In this document: piece by piece, positions 58,803 through 64,000 of the stretch
Layout: each line of letters begins with the position of its first letter
Numbering within the stretch: the first letter of the stretch is position 1
From: Planctomycetia bacterium
GTDB lineage: Bacteria; Planctomycetota; Planctomycetia; Gemmatales; HRBIN36
Direction of reading: 5' to 3'
Assembly: GCA_016795155.1 (NCBI GenBank)
Contig: JAEUIE010000005.1
Coordinates: forward strand, 130,294 to 194,293
DNA: 64,000 nt
The notes under the pieces: generated by a model
Told to the model about the DNA's origin: nothing
The model's input: the letters and a program-made list of their open reading frames with translations, nothing else
Databases searched by the model: none
Made by a program: the position numbers and the translations under genes

Positions 58803-58910
58803 GCAGTACACTCGAACGGTGGACTGTTTTCACTAACTGTGTAGTTTAATAGATGTATGACCTGAGTCATTTCGGCTCAGGGGTGTCAGGATGTTCAAGG
58901 AGATATTCTC

Positions 58911-59225
58911 ATGCGTTATGCACTCGCTGTGGTTTGCCTGATTGCTTGCCTGGGTTTTGTTGTCGCTGAAGACAAAGCAGTGACACTCGAAGGCAAAGTC
59001 TGTTGTGCCAAGTGTGAACTTGGCAAAGAAAAGAAATGCATGACCGTGATGGTCACTAAGGAAAAGGGCAAGGAAGTAATGTATTACTTCGATGCTGACA
59101 GCAACAAGAAATTCCATAAGGACTACTGCTCAGGCAGCACTGACGCTAAGGTCGTTGCCAAGGTGAGCGAAAAGGACGGCAAGAAGGTTGTCGCGGTAGA
59201 GAAAATCGAAAAGAAGAAAGACTAA
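58911..59225 (+). CDS. small exported Cys-containing Lys-rich protein, hypothetical
   Basis: Signal peptide MRYALAVVCLIACLGFVVA, a CCAKCELGKEKKC cluster and a later C. RBS-like aaggag upstream. Followed by a strong terminator. Confidence 0.5.
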   Translation: MRYALAVVCLIACLGFVVAEDKAVTLEGKVCCAKCELGKEKKCMTVMVTKEKGKEVMYYFDADSNKKFHKDYCSGSTDAKVVAKVSEKDGKKVVAVEKIEKKKD

Positions 59226-59242
59226 TGTCGTTTCTTGATCAC

Positions 59243-59274
59243 CAACCCCTGGAATACCCAGGGGTTGTTTTTTT
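59243..59274 (+). terminator. rho-independent terminator (shared 3' end region with the convergent dedA-like gene)
   Basis: caacccctgg aatac ccaggggttg, followed by T7 (59268-59274). Confidence 0.85.
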
Positions 59275-59971
59275 ACGATGCAGGATTCGCTTGTTGAGTA
59301 GTCTGTGCGAGTTGCTTGCTGCGTCGCCATTCTGACCAGACAGCGTAGAACATCGGCAGCACAGAAATAAGAACGATTGCCAGGATGACATACGAAAAAT
59401 TGTCTTTGACAAAAGGCAGGTTGCCAAACCAGTATCCTGCCAGGGTCATGCTGAGTACCCAGAGAAATGCCCCAAAGACATTGAACAAGCCGAACTTGGC
59501 ATATTTCATTTTGCCAATGCCCGCAACGAATGGGCCAAAGGTTCTGACAATCGGTACAAACCGGCACATCACAATCGTCCAGCTTCCCCACCGTTCATAG
59601 AAGTCCTGAGCGTAGAGCAGATGTTTCTTGTTGAGCAGCCAGGATTTTTCCCAGCGAAAAACCTTGGGACCAAGGAAATAACCCACTGAATAGTTGACAG
59701 CATCGCCAAGAATAGCCGCGACAATCATGAGTGTAATGAGCAGCCAGATATCCAGTGGTGAGCCGGGTGAAGCAGCGAGTGCGCCGAGTGCAAACAGCAG
59801 CGAATCGCCGGGAAGAAACGGTGTTACTACCAATCCTGTTTCGCAGAAGATGATGGCAAAGACCACGACATAGAGCCAGGGACCTAAAGTCGCTGCCCAT
59901 TCGTTGAGGTGTTTATCGAGATGCAGGAAAAGATTAAGAAGTTCATTGAAACCAAAATCAGCCAATAACAT
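59273..59971 (-). CDS. DedA family membrane protein
   Basis: VVTPFLPGDSLLFALGALAA, RFVPIVRTFGPFVAG and polytopic helices. Confidence 0.85.
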   Translation of the reverse strand: MLLADFGFNELLNLFLHLDKHLNEWAATLGPWLYVVVFAIIFCETGLVVTPFLPGDSLLFALGALAASPGSPLDIWLLITLMIVAAILGDAVNYSVGYFLGPKVFRWEKSWLLNKKHLLYAQDFYERWGSWTIVMCRFVPIVRTFGPFVAGIGKMKYAKFGLFNVFGAFLWVLSMTLAGYWFGNLPFVKDNFSYVILAIVLISVLPMFYAVWSEWRRSKQLAQTTQQANPAS

Positions 59972-60053
59972 GCTGCGGATTCCTTACAGTTCAGTTGGCA
60001 AATCATCCATGACTTGAATAAGGTATCCGAGCCACGATTTCCTACAAGTCGAG

Positions 60054-62345
60054 TTGTCGTTCATGCCTTTGCGTGCTTTACCTGCCATCATTTTCAGCCT
60101 GTTTTTTCTTGTTGCTGCTGGTGGAGTTGAACAGTCAACGAATCCCACGCTGGATAGCGAGATTGCCCAGGCTGTACAGGAGGCCATGGCCAGCAGGCAG
60201 ATGCCCGGCGCTGTTGTTCTTGTCTGGCATCAGAACCAGATTCTTCTCCATCAGGCTTATGGCTACCGTTCCTTAATCCCTCAAATCGAGCAGATGACAA
60301 CAGATACCATTTTCGACATGGCTTCCATCACCAAGCCCATTGTTACTGCAACTTTAGTAATGCAATTAGTTGAACAAGGCAGATTGAAGTTGGAGGATAA
60401 GGCCAGCAAGTATCTGCCTTCATTCACAGGGCATGGCAAAGAAGATATTACCCTGCAGCAACTGATGCTGCATATCAGTGGCTTGATTGCAGACAATGCC
60501 CAGGAGGATTACGAAAAAGGAGAGAAGGTTGCATTCGAAAAAATCGATGCTTTAAAACTGATTAATAAGCCGGGTGAGAAGTTTGTCTACAGCGATGTAG
60601 GGTACATGGTGCTGGGGCGCATGGTGGAAGGTATTTACAAGAAACCTCTCGAGGTAATTGCCCAGGAACAGATTTTCGAGCCACTGAAAATGAAGCAGAC
60701 TGGGTATCGCAGAATCAGCAAGTCGCAAGGTTCGGTGCAGCAGTATGCACCCACCGAACCGGAAGATGGGAAGATGATGCGGGGTGTAGTACACGATCCG
60801 CGGGGCAGGGCACTTGATGGTGTGGCAGGCCATGCCGGCTTGTTTTCCACCTCTAGCGATTTTCTGACATTTGCCATGATGATTATGCAGGGCGGCGGAA
60901 AGATCATGAAGCCGGAAACAGTACAGCAACTGATCAGGCCACATCATCTGCCCGGTGGAAGAATGCGATCGCTCGGCTGGGATATGGATACGCATTATTC
61001 GGTGCCCCGGGGCGATGCCTTCCCGCTGGGGTTGAGCTTTGGTCACACGGGTTTCACAGGCCCTTCGGTATGGATCGATCCGACAAGCCAGACCATTGTT
61101 ATCATCATGACAAATCGGGTGCATCCCGATGGCAAGGGCAATGCCACGGCAATGCGACGGGCTGTCGCCAACATTGTGGGCAGGTATTTGACCAAGAAAC
61201 CGACACGCAGCCCGGTGCTCGCGGGCATTGATGTTATTCGCAAAGAGAATTTCAAAACGCTGGAGAATAAACGCATCGGGTTGCTGACCAATCATACAGG
61301 CCGTGGCAGGGAAGGCACTTCCACCATTGATATTCTACACTCAGCCACCAAGGTCAAACTGGTCGCTCTCTTCAGCCCGGAGCATGGTATTCGTGGCGAT
61401 GTCGATGCAGCAGTGGCTGATGGCAGGGATCAGTCAACAGGGCTACCTATCTACAGTCTGTATGGCAAACAGAAGAAGCCGACTCGTGAGCAGCTACAGG
61501 GGCTGGATGCAATAGTCGTTGATCTGCAGGACATTGGCTGCCGGTTTTATACCTACATCACCACGCTGGGGTATGTGATGGAGGCTGCAGCAGAAAGTAA
61601 TGTCCAGGTCATTGTGCTGGACCGCCCCAATCCGTTGGGTGGAGAGGTGGTGCAGGGACCGGTCAACGATGCAGATAAACCGTCATTTGTGGCTTATCAT
61701 CCGCTGCCACTACGGCATGGGATGACCATTGGCGAGATTGCCTGGCTGATTAACGTCGAACGAAATTACTCTGCCAATTTACTCGTGTTCCGCATGGAAA
61801 ACTGGGACAGGGATATGGCGTATGATCGTACCGGATTGCTTTGGCGGAACCCTTCTCCGAATATGAGGTCATTGAATGCAGCTTGGCTGTATCCGGGCGT
61901 TGGACTGCTGGAAACTACGAACCTGAGTGTAGGGCGAGGCACCGATAAGCCTTTTGAGATGATTGGTGCACCGTGGATCGATGGAGTTCGCTGGGCTCAG
62001 GAATTGTCGCGAGAAAGTGTAGCGGGCATCCGGTTTGTGCCTTGTGAATTTAAGCCCATCAGCAGCGTTTACGCCAATAAGACCTGCCAGGGTGTGCAAA
62101 TCGTGATGGAGGAGAAAGGCAAGGTGAACTCCATCCAGTTAGGCTTTGCTCTGGCGGTGACACTCAAACGATTGTACAGCCAGGAATGGGAATGGAAGAA
62201 AATGCACACTCTTCTGGTAAACGATGAAATGATGAAGTTGCTGGAAGACGGAGCCAGCGTGCAGAATATGTTGGAACTAAGCGAAAAGAACCTTGAGGCG
62301 TTCCTCAAGGTTCGTCAGAAATATCTGCTCTATCCGAAGGATTAA
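60054..62345 (+). CDS. fusion protein: class-C-like serine hydrolase (beta-lactamase fold) plus a DUF1343/NamZ-like exo-beta-N-acetylmuramidase domain
   Basis: N-terminal half: SITK (FDMASITKPIV), YSDVGY and GHTGFTG. C-terminal half: GLLTNHTG, ALFSPEHGIRGD and VVDLQDIGCRFYTY, as in DUF1343. An N-terminal hydrophobic signal or anchor is present. Confidence 0.8.
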   Translation: MSFMPLRALPAIIFSLFFLVAAGGVEQSTNPTLDSEIAQAVQEAMASRQMPGAVVLVWHQNQILLHQAYGYRSLIPQIEQMTTDTIFDMASITKPIVTATLVMQLVEQGRLKLEDKASKYLPSFTGHGKEDITLQQLMLHISGLIADNAQEDYEKGEKVAFEKIDALKLINKPGEKFVYSDVGYMVLGRMVEGIYKKPLEVIAQEQIFEPLKMKQTGYRRISKSQGSVQQYAPTEPEDGKMMRGVVHDPRGRALDGVAGHAGLFSTSSDFLTFAMMIMQGGGKIMKPETVQQLIRPHHLPGGRMRSLGWDMDTHYSVPRGDAFPLGLSFGHTGFTGPSVWIDPTSQTIVIIMTNRVHPDGKGNATAMRRAVANIVGRYLTKKPTRSPVLAGIDVIRKENFKTLENKRIGLLTNHTGRGREGTSTIDILHSATKVKLVALFSPEHGIRGDVDAAVADGRDQSTGLPIYSLYGKQKKPTREQLQGLDAIVVDLQDIGCRFYTYITTLGYVMEAAAESNVQVIVLDRPNPLGGEVVQGPVNDADKPSFVAYHPLPLRHGMTIGEIAWLINVERNYSANLLVFRMENWDRDMAYDRTGLLWRNPSPNMRSLNAAWLYPGVGLLETTNLSVGRGTDKPFEMIGAPWIDGVRWAQELSRESVAGIRFVPCEFKPISSVYANKTCQGVQIVMEEKGKVNSIQLGFALAVTLKRLYSQEWEWKKMHTLLVNDEMMKLLEDGASVQNMLELSEKNLEAFLKVRQKYLLYPKD

Positions 62346-62348
62346 GCT

Positions 62349-63074
62349 TTAGTCACTGATGATTCTGTTCATGATCCAGCGATCCATGTCGCGGAACATG
62401 GCAGGCATGACTTTGTGGCAGGTATTGTACGATTTGAATGTAACATCCATGCCTGCGGTGTAGAGCAACTTGTGGTCCTGCTTGGCTTGAGCCAGTGGTA
62501 TTTCAGCATTCTGCTCGCCATGGCCAATGAACACGGGTAGTTCACGTGTCTGGCTTAATCGCCAAAGTGGGCCATTCTTAGGCAGCTTGCTGTTGAGGGC
62601 AATCACGCCAGCGTATTTGTTGGGCTGGCTGAATGCCAGTCGGTAGGCCTGCTTAGCGCCTTCACCAATGCCTGCCAGGAAAATGCGATCAGCATGCACG
62701 GGTAAACGGTCGTAAGCATCCGCGATGGCAGCCAGGGTGTAATCTTCGAGTTCAGCAGATAGACCTGCATCGCTGTTCCACCCGAAGCCTTGTCGGCAAT
62801 CCTTACGGTACAGAGGTACAGTACCACGCAGTGCCATGCAGATGTAGTTGCGTCGGCTCAAGTGGGGCATTACTCGTTTGATTTGCTGCTCATTGTTTCC
62901 TTCGCTATGGAGGAAGACAATGAGTGGATATTCGTAAGTGGAAGTGAAGCCGGTCGGCATGAAAGTCAGGCAGCGATGAGCGCGGTTAGTTTCCACCACG
63001 GATTTGTAGAAGCCTTCATCAATGTGAGGTTGGTGGCAGATGGTGACAGGACTGGACCAGCGAGTATGAGTCAT
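62349..63074 (-). CDS. alpha/beta-hydrolase-fold protein (phospholipase/carboxylesterase-like) with substituted catalytic positions
   Basis: PLIVFLHSEGNN, FLAGIGEGAKQA where the GxSxG elbow is expected, VFIGHGEQNAEIP where HG..D..vP is expected, and a retained C-terminal His (TCHKV). Confidence 0.55.
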   Translation of the reverse strand: MTHTRWSSPVTICHQPHIDEGFYKSVVETNRAHRCLTFMPTGFTSTYEYPLIVFLHSEGNNEQQIKRVMPHLSRRNYICMALRGTVPLYRKDCRQGFGWNSDAGLSAELEDYTLAAIADAYDRLPVHADRIFLAGIGEGAKQAYRLAFSQPNKYAGVIALNSKLPKNGPLWRLSQTRELPVFIGHGEQNAEIPLAQAKQDHKLLYTAGMDVTFKSYNTCHKVMPAMFRDMDRWIMNRIISD

Positions 63075-63503
63075 GAGAGGGTCTTTCTGTCAGTCAAAAC
63101 GGGCAATCCGATTATTCCGATAGTATGACGGAAAACGTTGCCGATCTTGGATTTGCGTCGACAATTCCTCAAGCGGCTGGCTAAGTCTACTGTTGCGTTT
63201 TAAGAGTGTCAACGCGGGCTGCTCGAAGGCAGGCCAGAAAAAAGGCCAATTTCGCCTTTCATGCACCGTGCGCATCGGTTGGGGAATCTGCGGAAAGCAA
63301 CGAAGGAATGAGAAGCAGGGAAAACTCTGACGGTTAGTTAAACTTTGACGGCATCCCGTTCGTTATTATCGTTACAATTTATGACTTGAGTATGAACAAA
63401 CGAATCGGACCTCGTTTGCATCACGCCGAAAATCGGTTCGAAATAATCATGCTGGGGCATGAAAACGTCGTTCTGAACTCTAAACTAAGTGCATAAATGT
63501 ATA

Positions 63504-64000
63504 CTACTTTGTATCTTTCTCGAATACATCGAGTGTAGTCTGACGTAGAAGCTGTTCGCCTAGTGCCACAGCCCGTTCCTCGCTCCATTTTTGATCGATC
63601 ACAAAGCGCTGCGACAACACTTTTGCCAGGCATTTCCTGTAGATGTTGAACTTGGGCAGGATGAATTCCAGCTTGTAGGCATCAGAGTAATATCCAATCT
63701 GTTTGTTGGCAGGAACAGCTTCCAGGCGGAGTGTCAGATCTGCTTCGATCAGCGTGGGGATATTGGTATACCACCAGTGGCCACTGGTGTAGACGTTGGG
63801 GAAGATCCAACTGTAACTGGCCAGTTCCTGGTTCTGCCTGCTGGTGAGCACGGAGATGCAGAACTTCACTTCGGGAAACGAATTGAAAAGCGGCGCGTAC
63901 TGGATCAGTGACGTACGCTGGTCAAACAAATCCTGTCCCTGGTAAACTCCATTCCGGTACACCTGGCGATTCACGCCGATCATCAGATCGAAAGGTAACC
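63504..64000 (-). CDS. C-terminal part of a glucuronate-isomerase-like (UxaC/amidohydrolase) protein; the gene continues past the window end
   Basis: The frame is open from base 64000. ...PFDLMIGVNRQV...HWWYTNIPTLIEADLTLRLEAVPANKQIGYYSDAYKLEF resembles the C-terminal half of UxaC (WWF..., SD.R). The assignment is from memory only. Confidence 0.4.
   Translation of the reverse strand, partial: LPFDLMIGVNRQVYRNGVYQGQDLFDQRTSLIQYAPLFNSFPEVKFCISVLTSRQNQELASYSWIFPNVYTSGHWWYTNIPTLIEADLTLRLEAVPANKQIGYYSDAYKLEFILPKFNIYRKCLAKVLSQRFVIDQKWSEERAVALGEQLLRQTTLDVFEKDTK

Noticed and set aside
63075-63503. 430-bp ORF-poor region between the carboxylesterase-fold gene and the UxaC-like gene, considered as a possible ncRNA or riboswitch locus.
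   Set aside because: I could not recognise any conserved RNA motif (tRNA, SRP, tmRNA, RNase P or a common riboswitch core), only a weak GGCC-A6-GGCC hairpin. There is not enough evidence to call a feature; a covariance-model scan would be needed.

Overview
This is a 64-kb chromosomal window whose gene content is typical of a Planctomycetota (PVC-group) genome. Supporting markers: a DUF1592/DUF1552 pair with a Tat signal, a giant dehydrogenase-like/HEAT/CxxCH haem protein, a DUF1573 protein, a tricorn-type protease, two large Ser/Thr kinases (one followed by an ECF-like sigma factor), and many exported proteins. I call about 48 protein-coding genes. Most are housekeeping or ordinary envelope and transport functions: sucA-sucB, glgC, hemW, tyrS, uppP, hpf, comF, yraN, two APC permeases and an ABC exporter. 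I recognised no rRNA, tRNA, CRISPR array, integrase or prophage. All functional calls come from reading motifs in the supplied translations; no database search was possible.

I could not support a clear multi-gene novel system. The features least explained by ordinary annotation are:
1. A 149-bp tandem repeat (about 2.5 copies) made of CTTGGCG/CGCCAAG heptamer arrays plus conserved 20-codon mini-ORFs, fused to the start of a GxxExxY (PD-(D/E)xK-like) gene.
2. A 166-bp MITE/REP-like unit bounded by inverted copies of a GC-rich hairpin between sucB and a GH2-like gene, and a GC-rich palindrome/G4-motif element sitting in frame inside that GH2 gene.
3. A roughly 1.2-kb AT-rich islet carrying a Zn-ribbon-HNH endonuclease between the DUF1552 gene and tyrS.
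4. An exported protein with two tandem truncated-haemoglobin-like domains.
5. Two disrupted genes, one by an in-frame TGA and one by a homopolymer frameshift.
6. Phased TATACAC repeats upstream of the tricorn protease gene.
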